From assembly GCA_040752415.1 (NCBI GenBank), contig JBFMGU010000005.1, positions 2,988 to 66,987 of the forward strand: a stretch of DNA of 64,000 nt, written 5' to 3'. Shown one piece after another: positions 34,155 to 44,396 of this stretch; the first letter of the stretch is position 1, and each line of letters opens with the position of its first letter. The position numbers and the translations under genes are program-made. Source of the stretch: Myxococcota bacterium (GTDB taxonomy: Bacteria; Myxococcota; JACRCW01). The notes under the pieces are model-generated. The model was given only the letters and a program-made list of their open reading frames with translations. It was not told the origin of the DNA and searched no databases.

Positions 34155-35828
34155 ATGGAACAGGTGCCACCCAAGCCACTTGCCCGCGCGTTGGTCCTGG
34201 CGGGCCTGCTGGGCGCCGCGGTGGCCGGTGCCCAGGAGGCCGCCCCTCCCGTCGAGAGTGCGCCCGCTCCCGCGCCGCAGGCGCCCGCCGCCGCCGCGCC
34301 GCGTGCACCCGCTGCCGCGCCCCGTCCGCCCCGTCCCAAGACCGGCGTGGAGCTGCGGGAACGCGTGGCCGCGCTGACCGCCGCGGCCGACTACGAGGGT
34401 CTGTGGGCCACGTGCAGGGACCTCAAGTCCGAGCAGTTCCCCGACGAGCCCGCGGCCGGACCGCTCATCCACCTGTGTCGGGGTCGCGGACTGCAGGGCC
34501 GCGGGGACCGCGCGGGCGCGCGCGTGGCGTATGAGACGGTGATTGCGGAGGCCAGTCGGGTGAGTGGTGGCGCCACGCAGGCGCGACAGGCGCGGAGTGA
34601 GGCGCGCTACCGCCTGGGTGAGCTGGCGGAGGCCCAGTTCCAGGACTACCCGCTGTGCCTGCGGGACCTGGGCATCACCTGGGCGTCGCGCGCGGAGGCG
34701 CGAGAGAAGGTGGCACGGCTGCGGGCGGCGGAGCGCGCGTACCAGGACACGTTGAACGTCTCGGTGAATCCGTGGCCGGGCCGCGCGGCGTTCCGCATCA
34801 CGGCCATGCACCTGCACTTCTACCAGGAGGTCGGTCGAAGGACGGCGATGACCTACCGCGGACTGCGTGGCCCGCCCCCGCTGGCCAGCGCGCGCGTGGA
34901 GGCCGCCGACGAGGCCCTGGCCCTGGTGTTGGACCCGCGCAAGGCCCGCTGGCCCCGCGCCATGGAGGACGCGCTCAACGGAGCGGTCTCCCGCGCGGAG
35001 CGTGATGGCGACGATCCGGACCTGCTCTCCGCCGCACGTGAGCTGCTGACGGAGGCCAAGGCCGCGCAGGATGCGCCACGGGCTCCGGTGAGCGCCCCGT
35101 GGCCGGCCCGTCGTGGCAATGACCGCGGGTGGCGCAACCTCACCGCGGACCGAGACGAGGTGATCTACGTCCTCCCCGACGGCACGGAGCGTCGGGAGCC
35201 CATCCTGGTGGCGGGGAAGGTGCTGGCGGAGGTGGTGAAGGGCGGGACCGCGGAGCGCTTTGCGCCGGAGGCCGCCGTGGCGCTGGGCACGGGAGGCTAC
35301 CGCGCGGCCATGCCGGTGCTGGTTGCCGCCGCCACCGGCCCCGACGAGGAGCTGGCGGTGGCCGCGGTGTTCGCGCTGGGGGAGATGGGCACCGCCACGG
35401 AGCTGCCCACGCTCTTGAACGTGTACGCGGAGGCCACCGCTCCCGGCGACCTGCCGGAGCCCTTCGAGACGCCCGCCAGCGCGCTGTTTGGCATGCGGGA
35501 GCGCACGCTGGAGGCGCTCATCAAGATCGGCCGGCGGGAGCCGCGCGCGGTGGAGACGCTGCATCGTGCCACGCAGCTGCCCCGGCGGGAGGCGGCGTAT
35601 GTGCAGTCGCAGGTGGCCCACAAGGACCTGCGCGCGGTCTACCAGGAGCTGGCCCGCGACCCCGACGACGCCACCGCCGTCCACGGCGTGCTGGGTATGG
35701 CCAGCCTGAGCCTGGTGGAGGCCTCGCAGGCCGCCGACGCGCTGGCCGCCCGCCGGCAGACCTGTTGGGCGCAGCATCTCCAGGCCCTGCTCAAGGAGGA
35801 GCGGAAGGGACTGGAGTCCCGACGCTGA
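34155..35828 (+). CDS. Secreted TPR/HEAT-repeat protein
   Basis: Signal peptide; helical repeats AAVALG..., AAVFALGEMG. Confidence 0.7.
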   Translation: MEQVPPKPLARALVLAGLLGAAVAGAQEAAPPVESAPAPAPQAPAAAAPRAPAAAPRPPRPKTGVELRERVAALTAAADYEGLWATCRDLKSEQFPDEPAAGPLIHLCRGRGLQGRGDRAGARVAYETVIAEASRVSGGATQARQARSEARYRLGELAEAQFQDYPLCLRDLGITWASRAEAREKVARLRAAERAYQDTLNVSVNPWPGRAAFRITAMHLHFYQEVGRRTAMTYRGLRGPPPLASARVEAADEALALVLDPRKARWPRAMEDALNGAVSRAERDGDDPDLLSAARELLTEAKAAQDAPRAPVSAPWPARRGNDRGWRNLTADRDEVIYVLPDGTERREPILVAGKVLAEVVKGGTAERFAPEAAVALGTGGYRAAMPVLVAAATGPDEELAVAAVFALGEMGTATELPTLLNVYAEATAPGDLPEPFETPASALFGMRERTLEALIKIGRREPRAVETLHRATQLPRREAAYVQSQVAHKDLRAVYQELARDPDDATAVHGVLGMASLSLVEASQAADALAARRQTCWAQHLQALLKEERKGLESRR

Positions 35829-35899
35829 TCTGGGTTGATGTGGGCACCCCTTTGCTGCTACGTGCCCGCTCCCCTTTTTTCCAGGCGCAGGAGGCTCCG

Positions 35900-36034
35900 G
35901 TGCCCTCTCCCACCAGTCACACCGAGACCGTTCGCAAGAGCAAGAAGCACAGCCGCGGCCGCAAGCGGAAGAACGCGCTGCAGAACCACGGCACCACCAA
36001 GAGCCAGAAGGAACTGTTCAAGAAGGTGTCCTGA
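35900..36034 (+). CDS. 44-aa highly basic small protein
   Basis: GGAGG RBS then GTG; MPSPTSHTETVRKSKKHSRGRKRKNALQNHGTTKSQKELFKKVS; strong codon bias; downstream hairpin. Confidence 0.7.
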   Translation: MPSPTSHTETVRKSKKHSRGRKRKNALQNHGTTKSQKELFKKVS

Positions 36035-36055
36035 CCCACGCGCGTCGGCGGACGC

Positions 36056-36082
36056 GGGAGCCCTTCTCAATCCGGGGCTCCC
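36056..36082 (+). terminator. GC-rich hairpin after the small basic ORF
   Basis: GGGAGCCC-N11-GGGCTCCC; no U-tract. Confidence 0.4.
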
Positions 36083-36352
36083 CCCGCCGCGACGACGGTG
36101 GTCATCCCTCCCTGGATCTCCTGCAGGCGTCCGTTCCCGGAGCCCCTCCGTGAGCGGGCGCTCGAGGCGTTCGACGCGCTCACTCAACGGACGCCACGCC
36201 GTTGCTCCGTCGCGCTCCCGCCACACGCTCCGGCCCGGCCCCCTACCGCCACCAACGCAGAGCCCCGACGCAGCGGAACGGCGCCAGCGGCCAGCAAGGT
36301 CGGGGCTTGGTGCCTTTGCAGACGCGGCCTCGGCCGCCGCCGGTCGTTTTCT

Positions 36353-36387
36353 GGTCCCAGGTCCCAGGTCCCAGCTCCCAGGTCCCT
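36353..36387. repeat. Heptamer tandem repeat (GGTCCCA)x5
   Basis: ggtccca ggtccca ggtccca gctccca ggtccct. Confidence 0.75.
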
Positions 36388-36527
36388 GCACGACCGCGCT
36401 CTCCCTCGTCGTCGCGACGGCCCCTGGCACCCGAATCGACCGCGCTCCCCTCGTCGTCACCGTGGTCCGGCCCTGGTGCAGCAGGCCCTCCCCAGCGTGG
36501 GCACCGGCGGAACGGCGCAGGAACGAC

Positions 36528-36562
36528 AAAGCCCCGCCAGGGATCACCCCAACAGGGCTTTT
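36528..36562 (-). terminator. Probable intrinsic terminator of the FYDLN gene
   Basis: On the minus strand a 13-bp stem with G-U pairs (AGCCCUGUUGGGG/CCCUGGCGGGGCU), UGAU loop and a short U-run. Confidence 0.55.
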
Positions 36563-36625
36563 CGCGCGCAGGAATGCCAGGCCCTGGCGTCGGGGCCACG
36601 GAGCTCTGCCCTCGGAGCCGAGGGA

Positions 36626-36916
36626 TCAGATCTCCTCGTCCACGCCCAGGTCCTCGGGCTCTTCCTCTTCGACGTCGCCGTCGTCGTCGTTCACCAGCTC
36701 GTCCACGTCGGCCTCAAAGGACTCGTTCTCGAACTCCTCGGTGAACGCGTCCTCCTTGGCCTCCTTGCGGGAGCCCTTCTCGGCGGCCTTCAGCGCGGGG
36801 TCCTCGCGCGGGTCGGCGCCACACTTGGGGCACTTGGGCTCGGGCTTCTTGAGGTCGTAGTACTTGGCCGAGCACGAGAAGCAGGTGTACTTGGTGCCAA
36901 ACTTGGGATGAATCAT
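36626..36916 (-). CDS. FYDLN_acid domain protein (Zn ribbon plus acidic tail)
   Basis: GTKYTCFSCSAKYYDLKK...CPKCG followed by a D/E-rich tail. Confidence 0.85.
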   Translation of the reverse strand: MIHPKFGTKYTCFSCSAKYYDLKKPEPKCPKCGADPREDPALKAAEKGSRKEAKEDAFTEEFENESFEADVDELVNDDDGDVEEEEPEDLGVDEEI

Positions 36917-37039
36917 CAGGTTATCCTGTAGGCATCTCCGACGTCACAGCCGTCTGCGGTGTGGCGCGGGGGCCGTAAAACGGGCGCCTCTTGGCATGGG
37001 CCACTCTGGCCTGTCAACGCGCTCCTGAGGAGCAGGCCC

Positions 37040-38698
37040 GTGCCAAGGAAGGACGCCAATCTGCAGTTCGACCACCTGGTGCTCGGCAGTGGAATCGCCG
37101 GCCTCAGCTTTGCCCTGGAAGCCGCCCGCCACGGCACGGTGGCCATCATGACCAAGCGCCGCGTGGATGACTGCGCCAGCGCCTGGGCCCAGGGCGGCAT
37201 TGCCGCGGTGGTGGGCCCCCATGACTCCTTTGATGACCACGTGGCCGACACCCTGGAAGCCGGCGCCGGCCTCTGCAACCCGCGCACGGTGGCCTTTGTG
37301 GTGGAGCGCGGACCGGAGGCCATCCAGTTCCTCACCCAGCTGGGAGTGAAGTTCGCGCGCACCAACAAAGCGGCGGAGTGGGACCTGGCCAGGGAGGGTG
37401 GGCATCACAAGCGTCGGGTGCTTCATGCCGGAGACATCACCGGCCAGGAGATCATCCGCGGTCTAACGGCGGCCTGCCGGCGCCACAAGGGGATCCATTT
37501 CTTCGAGGATCACCACGCGGTGGACCTCATCACCGCACGCAAGCTCGGCCACGAGAAGGACCGGTGCCTGGGCGCCTACGTCCTCGACACGCGCAGCGGC
37601 CGCGTGCTCACGGTGGAGGCCCGGCGCAGCGTGGTGCTGGCCACCGGCGGCGCCGGCAAGACCTACCTCTACACCTCCAACCCCGACACGGCCTCCGGCG
37701 ACGGCATTGCCATGGCCTGGCGCGCCGGCGCCCCGGTGGCGGACCTGGAGTTCATCCAGTTCCACCCCACCTGCCTCTACCACCCGGAGGCCAAGAGCTT
37801 CCTCATCAGTGAGGCGCTGCGTGGAGAGGGCGGCATCCTCAAGCGTCGCGACGGCACGCGCTTCATGGACGGCGTGCACCCCCTGGGCTCCCTGGCGCCG
37901 CGTGACGTCGTGGCCCGCGCCATCGACGCCGAGCTCAAGCGCACCGGCGACGACTGCGTCTACCTGGACATGACGCACAAGAGCCGCGCGTTCCTGCGTC
38001 GCCGCTTCCCCAACATCTACGAGCGGTGCCTGCAGTACGGCATTGACATGTCGCGCCAACCCATCCCGGTGGTGCCGGCGGCGCACTACATCTGCGGTGG
38101 CGTCGTCACGGACCTGCAGGGACGCACGGCCATCCCCGGCCTCTACGCCGTGGGAGAGACCGCGTGCACGGGCCTGCACGGTGCCAACCGCCTGGCCTCC
38201 AACAGCCTGCTGGAGGGCGTGGTGTTCGCGCGCGCCGCCGCCATCGACGTGGAAGCGCTCAGGCCCCGGGCGCACGTGCGGGTGCCGGAGTGGAACCCGG
38301 GTGCCTCCGTCCCCCAGGACGAGAAGGTGATGGTCACGCAGAACTGGGAAGAGATCCGCCGGTTGATGTGGAACTTCGTGGGCATCGTGCGCAGCGACAA
38401 GCGCCTGGAGCGCGCCCGACGTCGCCTGGTGATGATGAAGCAGGAGATCCAGGAGTACTACTGGGCCTGGCACGTCGACCGCGACCTCATCGAGCTGCGC
38501 AACCTGCAGGCGGTGGCGGACCTCATTGTGCGGTGCGCGCAGGCGCGTCGGGAGAGCCGCGGGCTGCACTACAACCTGGATTGTCCCGAGAAGGATGACC
38601 TGGTCTGGGGCACGCGCGACACGGTGCTGATGCGTGGTCGCGAGGGGCCGCTGATGCGGGTCCGCGCGGGCGAGGCGTTTCCGGACAAGTTGGCCTGA
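37040..38698 (+). CDS. nadB: L-aspartate oxidase
   Basis: GSGIAG, WAQGGIAAV, REGGH, QFHPT, LISEALRGEG, HGANRLASNSLLE, RESRGLH. Confidence 0.95.
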   Translation: MPRKDANLQFDHLVLGSGIAGLSFALEAARHGTVAIMTKRRVDDCASAWAQGGIAAVVGPHDSFDDHVADTLEAGAGLCNPRTVAFVVERGPEAIQFLTQLGVKFARTNKAAEWDLAREGGHHKRRVLHAGDITGQEIIRGLTAACRRHKGIHFFEDHHAVDLITARKLGHEKDRCLGAYVLDTRSGRVLTVEARRSVVLATGGAGKTYLYTSNPDTASGDGIAMAWRAGAPVADLEFIQFHPTCLYHPEAKSFLISEALRGEGGILKRRDGTRFMDGVHPLGSLAPRDVVARAIDAELKRTGDDCVYLDMTHKSRAFLRRRFPNIYERCLQYGIDMSRQPIPVVPAAHYICGGVVTDLQGRTAIPGLYAVGETACTGLHGANRLASNSLLEGVVFARAAAIDVEALRPRAHVRVPEWNPGASVPQDEKVMVTQNWEEIRRLMWNFVGIVRSDKRLERARRRLVMMKQEIQEYYWAWHVDRDLIELRNLQAVADLIVRCAQARRESRGLHYNLDCPEKDDLVWGTRDTVLMRGREGPLMRVRAGEAFPDKLA

Positions 38699-38716
38699 TG
38701 GAACACGGTGGTCCGC

Positions 38717-38815
38717 AAAGGAAGTCAGGAGTCAGAAGTCAGAATGGGCTGGCCCCCGGTCCCTCCGTCGTCAAACACGACCTCTCCTTCTGACTTCTGA
38801 CTCCTGACTTCCTTT
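38717..38815. repeat. Perfect 28-bp inverted repeat built of GTCAG(A/G)A heptamers
   Basis: AAAGGAAGTCAGGAGTCAGAAGTCAGAA (38717-38744) and its exact reverse complement (38788-38815). Confidence 0.85.
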
Positions 38816-38836
38816 TCGGCCTCCTTGGGAGCCCCC

Positions 38837-39709
38837 ATGCACTTCGACTGGCGCCAGATCTTCGACCAGGTGCAAGCCCAGATCGTCTCCTCCGGCCTGC
38901 GCATCATGGGCCTGATGTTCATCCTCTTCGTGGTGCTGCGGTCCACCGGCTGGGTCACCCGCAAGGTCCTCAACCGCAGCAGCAAGGACGGGGATGTCGA
39001 CGAGGATCAGCGCCGCCTCAACACCATTGCCGCGGTGGTGGCGGCGGTGCTGCGCTTTGCCGTGCTGGTGGTGGGCACCATCATGCTGCTGCAGGAGGTG
39101 GGCTTTGACGTCGGGCCGCTGATTGCCTCCGCCGGTATCCTCGGCGTGGCGGTGGGCTTTGGCAGCCAGCAGCTGGTCAAGGACTTCCTCACCGGCTTCT
39201 TCATCCTGATGGAGAACCAGTACCGCGTGGGCGACAGCGTCAAGCTCGCCGGGTGCGAGGGCGTGGTGGAGCAGATCACGCTGCGCACCACTTGGATCCG
39301 CGACCTCTCCGGCTCCATGTTCATCATCCCCAACAGCAAGATCGACGTCGTCACCAACCAGACCTTCGACTGGGCGCGCGCCGTGGTGGAGGTGGGCTTC
39401 TCCTACGCCGCCAACCTGGATGACGCGGTGAAGCGCCTGCAGGAGGTCCTGGCCAGCATGCAGAACGACCCGGCCTGGAAGGACACGCTCCTGGACGCCG
39501 GAGCCGTCAACTGCGTGGAGCGGCTGGACCCGGGGGCGGTGGTGCTGCGTGTCGTCGTCAAGACGCGCGCGCTCAAGCAGTGGGGCGTCCAGCGGGAGCT
39601 GCGCAAGCGCATTGTGGAGAAGCTGGGCCAGGGAGAGTTCCAGGGCCTGGTCCGACAGCCCGCCGCGCCGCTCGCTGCCGCCAAGGACGTCTACAAGATC
39701 GCCAGCTGA
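38837..39709 (+). CDS. MscS family mechanosensitive channel
   Basis: GILGVAVGFGSQQLVKDFLTGFFILMENQYRVGD; IPNS. Confidence 0.92.
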   Translation: MHFDWRQIFDQVQAQIVSSGLRIMGLMFILFVVLRSTGWVTRKVLNRSSKDGDVDEDQRRLNTIAAVVAAVLRFAVLVVGTIMLLQEVGFDVGPLIASAGILGVAVGFGSQQLVKDFLTGFFILMENQYRVGDSVKLAGCEGVVEQITLRTTWIRDLSGSMFIIPNSKIDVVTNQTFDWARAVVEVGFSYAANLDDAVKRLQEVLASMQNDPAWKDTLLDAGAVNCVERLDPGAVVLRVVVKTRALKQWGVQRELRKRIVEKLGQGEFQGLVRQPAAPLAAAKDVYKIAS

Positions 39710-40035
39710 TCACCGTCGCGGATCCGGGTCGATCACGTCGTCACCTGGTGCGCGCGTGTCGCATCCGCCACCCGGCCGACCCCGCGGAAGCGCCGCGTGA
39801 GCAACTCCTCCGCACCGCCCCACGACACTGGTTCGAGCACGTTTCTCGTCGTCACACGCGCGCGGAACCCCGGCCAACGCCCATGTGGGACAACCTGGGA
39901 CACGCTCGCATCAGCACGTTCGACGGTGGGACAGCCTCCCATCGTCCACCCTTCCATCACCCTCCAGATAGCGGAGGGGTCTGGCGCTCCGTCGTCCTTA
40001 CAACTGCAGGCGTTGTGGGGGCACGGAGGAGCGAC

Positions 40036-41229
40036 ATGCACAGCGCGCGGATGGTTGTGACGGCGGCGGTCCTGGTGCTTGGTGGTTGCGTGGTGTCGGC
40101 GGAGAGCGTGGATGCGGAGGCGGGCGCGCCGGCGGTGGCGCCCCAGAAGGAGGCTCCGGTCATCGTGGGCAACGTGGACTGGGTGGAGGCGGGGAGCCTG
40201 CCCACCAGCAATCCGCGTCGCCAGGTGGCCAGCGCGGTGGCGTACCTCTCGCTGCCCGCCAAGGGCACGCGCTGCACCGGCTTCCTCATCACGGCCGACG
40301 TGCTCATGACCAACCACCACTGCGTCTCCCGCGCGCAGGACGCGGCGCAGGCCTACGCGATCTTCGACTACATGGCCGGCGTCCCCGACAGCCTGCGTGA
40401 GTACGTGGACTGCTCCGAGTTCCTGGGCGCGGACAGCACGCTGGACATGGCGCTGCTGCGCTGCACGGACCGCCCGGGCGACCGCCACGGCGTCGTTTCC
40501 CTGAGCGAGTCCACCCCCGCCTCCGGCGACGACATCTACGTGGTGCACCAGAACTGCGACTACTACAGCAGCCCCTCCTGCGACCCGTCCAAGAAGGTCT
40601 CCGACGGCACGGTCACCGCGCGCAGCAACCTGGAGATCACCTATGACGCCGACACGCTGGGCGGCAGCTCCGGCGCCGCGGTGTTCAACGCGCAGAACCA
40701 GGTCATTGCGCTGCACCACGTGGGCCTGGGTGGCAACGGCATGGGCCGCGGGACGGGCAACAAGGGCGTGCGCATGAGCCGCATCCTCCCCGTGCTGCGC
40801 GACCAGTACGCGTTCATCTTCAACAGCGCTCCGCCGGCCAACCCGCCCGCGCAGCCCACCGAGCCCACCGAGCCCACCACGCCGCCCGCGCCCGCCGCGG
40901 ACTTCGAGCCCAACAACGACGCCAACAGCGCGCCCACGGTGGCCCTGCCCTTCTCCGCCAGCGGCCTGCAGCTCACCGCCAATGACCGCGACATGTTCCG
41001 CGTGGAGCTGACCGGCTCACACAACCTGCGCGTGCACATGGCCTTCTCCCACGCCGCGGGCGACCTGGACCTCTACGTCTACGCCGACGGCAACAGCAGC
41101 CCCATTGCGCAGAGCATTGGCGTGACCGACACGGAGGACATCCAGGTCTCGCTCGGCGCGGGCACCTACTTCGTGATGGCCATTCCGTACGGCGGCGCCA
41201 CCGGCAGCTACAGCCTCAGCATCGAGTGA
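40036..41229 (+). CDS. Trypsin-like serine protease lipoprotein with a C-terminal PPC domain
   Basis: CTGFLI...TNHHC, DMAL, DTLGGSSG; EPNND and DLDLYV motifs. Confidence 0.9.
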   Translation: MHSARMVVTAAVLVLGGCVVSAESVDAEAGAPAVAPQKEAPVIVGNVDWVEAGSLPTSNPRRQVASAVAYLSLPAKGTRCTGFLITADVLMTNHHCVSRAQDAAQAYAIFDYMAGVPDSLREYVDCSEFLGADSTLDMALLRCTDRPGDRHGVVSLSESTPASGDDIYVVHQNCDYYSSPSCDPSKKVSDGTVTARSNLEITYDADTLGGSSGAAVFNAQNQVIALHHVGLGGNGMGRGTGNKGVRMSRILPVLRDQYAFIFNSAPPANPPAQPTEPTEPTTPPAPAADFEPNNDANSAPTVALPFSASGLQLTANDRDMFRVELTGSHNLRVHMAFSHAAGDLDLYVYADGNSSPIAQSIGVTDTEDIQVSLGAGTYFVMAIPYGGATGSYSLSIE

Positions 41230-41245
41230 GCTTGGGCCACCCCCT

Positions 41246-41270
41246 CGTGGCGCGGACATTCCTGTCTGTG
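41246..41270. repeat. Solo REP-like unit related to 3083-3220
   Basis: CGTGGCGCGGACATTCCTGTCTGTG vs CGTGGCGCAGCCATTCTTGTCTGCG. Confidence 0.6.
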
Positions 41271-41327
41271 ACGGCGCCACAGCCCATCCCGTAACGCCCA
41301 CGCGCGGGTCCGTGCTACGGCGCGCCC

Positions 41328-42200
41328 ATGACGCACGTGGCATGGCGCATCCACCTGGCCCTGGTGACGGTGCAGCTCTTGTTCGGGAGCTGGCCGGTGT
41401 TCGGCAAGGTGGCGCTGCGAGCCATCCCGGGTCCCGCGTTGATCGGCGTGCGCACCTCGCTGGCCGCCCTGGTCTTCTTCCTCCTGCGACCGGAAACCAA
41501 GGCCTCCCTCGACCGGCGCACCCACGCGGGGCTCGCGTTGGCGGGGCTGCTGGGCGTCACCATCAACCAGCTGCTCTTCATTGAGGGCTTGAGCCGCAGC
41601 GGCGCCGTCAACAGCACCGTGCTGGCGACGACGATCCCCGTCTTCACGCTCCTCTTCTCGCTCGTGCTGGGCACCGAGCGCTCCACCGCACGCAAGGGCG
41701 TGGGGATGGGGTTGGCCTTCCTGGGCGCGCTGGTGGTGACCGGCGTGGACCGCCTCACCTGGGGCGACGAGCTGGTCACCGGCAACCTGCTGCTCCTCGC
41801 CAACTCCGCCGCGTACGCGCTGTACCTGATCCTCGCCCGTCGACTGGCCGCGCGCGTGGCGCCGCTGGAGATGGTGCCGTGGGTGTTCTTCTACGGCGCG
41901 CTGTTCACGCTCCCCGTCGCCATTCCCAGCATGCTGGCCAGCTCCCTCCCCGAGCCCACCGCGCTGCTCACGCTCAATCTCGTGTACATCGTCCTGGGCG
42001 CCACCGTGGGCACCTACTGGCTCAACGCGGTGGCCCTGCGGGACGCGCCTCCGTCCCTGGTGGCGGTCTACATCTACCTGCAGCCCGTCGTGGCGGCCCT
42101 GCTGGCGCTGCCGGTGCTGGGCGAGGTTCCGTCGTGGCGGGTGCTGGTGGGCGGCCTGGCCATTTTTGCGGGCGTCACCCTGAGCACGCGTCGGTCCTGA
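41328..42200 (+). CDS. EamA/DMT family transporter
   Basis: About 10 TM helices; YIYLQPVVA. Confidence 0.9.
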   Translation: MTHVAWRIHLALVTVQLLFGSWPVFGKVALRAIPGPALIGVRTSLAALVFFLLRPETKASLDRRTHAGLALAGLLGVTINQLLFIEGLSRSGAVNSTVLATTIPVFTLLFSLVLGTERSTARKGVGMGLAFLGALVVTGVDRLTWGDELVTGNLLLLANSAAYALYLILARRLAARVAPLEMVPWVFFYGALFTLPVAIPSMLASSLPEPTALLTLNLVYIVLGATVGTYWLNAVALRDAPPSLVAVYIYLQPVVAALLALPVLGEVPSWRVLVGGLAIFAGVTLSTRRS

Positions 42201-42311
42201 CGCATTGCACCGCCCCCGCCAAGGGCCGCGTTGACGTCATTGCGCTACCCAAGGGGTGCCGTTAGGGTGCGCGCGCTTTTCCGAGCCCGGGTTCCCACGA
42301 GGTCTGAACAG

Positions 42312-43709
42312 ATGAGCGAGAAGCTGATGCGCGGTGCCGTTGGCAACATCCTGGAAGCCGTGGGGCACACGCCCATTGTGCGGCTCAACAAGGTCGCGTC
42401 GCACGTCAAGGCGAAGATCTACGTCAAGTGCGAGTACATGAACCCCGGCGGCTCCATGAAGGACCGCATTGGCATCCACATCATCAACCAGGCGGAGAAG
42501 CAGGGCCTGCTCAAGCCGGGTGGCACCATCGTGGAGGCCACCAGCGGCAACACCGGCATGGGCCTGGCGCTCGTGGCGGCGGTGCGCGGCTACAAGTGCA
42601 TCTTCGTCATGCCGGACAAGCAGAGTGAGGAGAAGCGGCAGGCGCTGCGGGCGGTGGGCGCCAAGGTCGTCATCTGCCCCACCGACGTGGAGGCCGAGGA
42701 TCCGCGCAGCTACTACTGCGTCTCCCGCAAGATTGCCGAGGAGACGCCCAACTGCTTCTACGCCAACCAGTACCACAACCCCTCCAACCCGGAGGCGCAC
42801 TACCTCTCCACCGGCCCGGAGATCTGGGACCAGTGTGGCGACGAGCTGGACGTCTTCTGCGCCGGCATGGGCACCGGCGGCACCCTCAGCGGCACCGGCA
42901 AGTTCCTCAAGGAGAAGAAGCCGTCCATCAAGATCGTCGGCGTCGACCCCATCGGCTCCATCTATTACGACCTCTACAAGACCGGCCGCATGACCACGCC
43001 CCACAGCTACAAGGTGGAGGGCATTGGTGAGGACTTCGTCCCCTCCACGATGAACCTCAAGATCCTGGACGAGGTCATCCAGGTGAACGACCGCGAGTGC
43101 TTTGCCATGGCGCGCGACCTGGTGCGCCGCGAGGGCATCCTCATTGGCTCCTCGGCGGGCGCGGCGGTGATTGGCGCGGTGAAGTACGCGGAGCTCAGCG
43201 GCACCACCGGCAACATCCTGGTGCTGCTGCCCGACAGCGCCTCCCGCTACCTCAGCAAGTTCCTCAACGACGACTGGATGCGTGAGAACGGCATGCTGGG
43301 CCCGGAGCCCTCCGCCGGGAAGGTGCGCGACCTGTTGGCCCGTCGCCCCGCCGGCAAGGGCCTGGTCACCGCCAACGCCGACGAGCCCGTGGGCACCGTC
43401 ATCGAGCGCATGAAGAGCCACGACATCTCCCAGCTCCCCGTCATGGACGGCGGCAAGAAGCTGTTGGGCATTGTCAACGAAGTGGACATCCTCAAGCACC
43501 TCGTCGGCGGCGGGGCCAACATGAAGACCCCCATCCGCGACCTGGCGGAGACGGGTTTTGCCACCGTCACGCCGGACACGCCGGTGGCGTTCCTCTCCGA
43601 GCACTTCAACCGCGGGAAGATCGCGTTGGTGCTCGACGGGGACCAGCTGGCGGGCGTGATCACCAAGATCGACCTCATCGACTACCTGGCGACGATGCTC
43701 AAGAACTGA
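42312..43709 (+). CDS. cbs: Cystathionine beta-synthase (PLP) with C-terminal CBS domains
   Basis: NPGGSMKDRIG, EATSGNTG, GMGTGGT, YKVEGIGEDF, YLSKFLNDDWM; tandem CBS domains. Confidence 0.9.
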   Translation: MSEKLMRGAVGNILEAVGHTPIVRLNKVASHVKAKIYVKCEYMNPGGSMKDRIGIHIINQAEKQGLLKPGGTIVEATSGNTGMGLALVAAVRGYKCIFVMPDKQSEEKRQALRAVGAKVVICPTDVEAEDPRSYYCVSRKIAEETPNCFYANQYHNPSNPEAHYLSTGPEIWDQCGDELDVFCAGMGTGGTLSGTGKFLKEKKPSIKIVGVDPIGSIYYDLYKTGRMTTPHSYKVEGIGEDFVPSTMNLKILDEVIQVNDRECFAMARDLVRREGILIGSSAGAAVIGAVKYAELSGTTGNILVLLPDSASRYLSKFLNDDWMRENGMLGPEPSAGKVRDLLARRPAGKGLVTANADEPVGTVIERMKSHDISQLPVMDGGKKLLGIVNEVDILKHLVGGGANMKTPIRDLAETGFATVTPDTPVAFLSEHFNRGKIALVLDGDQLAGVITKIDLIDYLATMLKN

Positions 43710-43719
43710 GGGCTGACGC

Positions 43720-44355
43720 ATGGGCAACGCGCCGGCGCCGTGGGCGGTGGAGCGCTGCCCGAGGTGTCGGGGCGGCCTGGTGCCGTTCTCGGTGACCGAG
43801 CTCAGTGAGCTGCGCTGCGCCGTCTGTCAGGGCGCCTGGCTGGACAGCCCCGCCGTGGAGGCGCTGGGTGAGGAGCTGGGCATGCGCGCGCGGACCTTCA
43901 TTGCCCGCATGCGCACCGCGCTCCCGCCGCTGTGGGGTGCGCTGAAGTGCATCCGCTGCCACGCGCCCATGAGCCGGTTGCACCTACGCACCGTGGAGGT
44001 GGACGCGTGCGCGCGCTGCGGCGGCATGTGGCTGGACCCCGGGGAGCTGGGGCGCCTCAGCGGCGGAAGACACGGTGAGCCCGCGGAGGGGGAAATCCGA
44101 CGTCGTGCCGCGGGGGAAGTCCCGGCGGAAGCCCTGGAGCGCCGGCCCGGAGGCGTGCGGGAGCTGCTGCGACGCGCCACGGACCGCGTGGAGGACGCGG
44201 CGGGCAAGCTGGCGGCCGGCGTGGACCGCGGAAACACCGTGCTGCTGGCGCGCATGGAGGAGGGGCCGCGTTGGTTGTGGCGCATGGCGCGGTGGGCGGG
44301 CGCCGAGCTTTCCGAGATGTGGAGGGCGGCGCGCAAGGGGCCGCCGCGGCCGTGA
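43720..44355 (+). CDS. Tandem TFIIB-type Zn-finger protein
   Basis: CPRC...CAVCQGAWLD; CIRC...CARCGGMWLDPGEL. Confidence 0.8.
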   Translation: MGNAPAPWAVERCPRCRGGLVPFSVTELSELRCAVCQGAWLDSPAVEALGEELGMRARTFIARMRTALPPLWGALKCIRCHAPMSRLHLRTVEVDACARCGGMWLDPGELGRLSGGRHGEPAEGEIRRRAAGEVPAEALERRPGGVRELLRRATDRVEDAAGKLAAGVDRGNTVLLARMEEGPRWLWRMARWAGAELSEMWRAARKGPPRP

Positions 44356-44396
44356 GCGGTTGGACAGGTGCCCGCGCGGAGCGGCATCATGCGCGC

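Noticed and set aside
36060-36620. ncRNA or CDS in the long intergenic gap
   Set aside because: Only hairpins and a heptamer run were seen, with no recognisable RNA family or coding bias.
42312-43709. CBS as part of the sulfur island
   Set aside because: It lies about 29 kb away in a housekeeping context, with no evidence of linkage.
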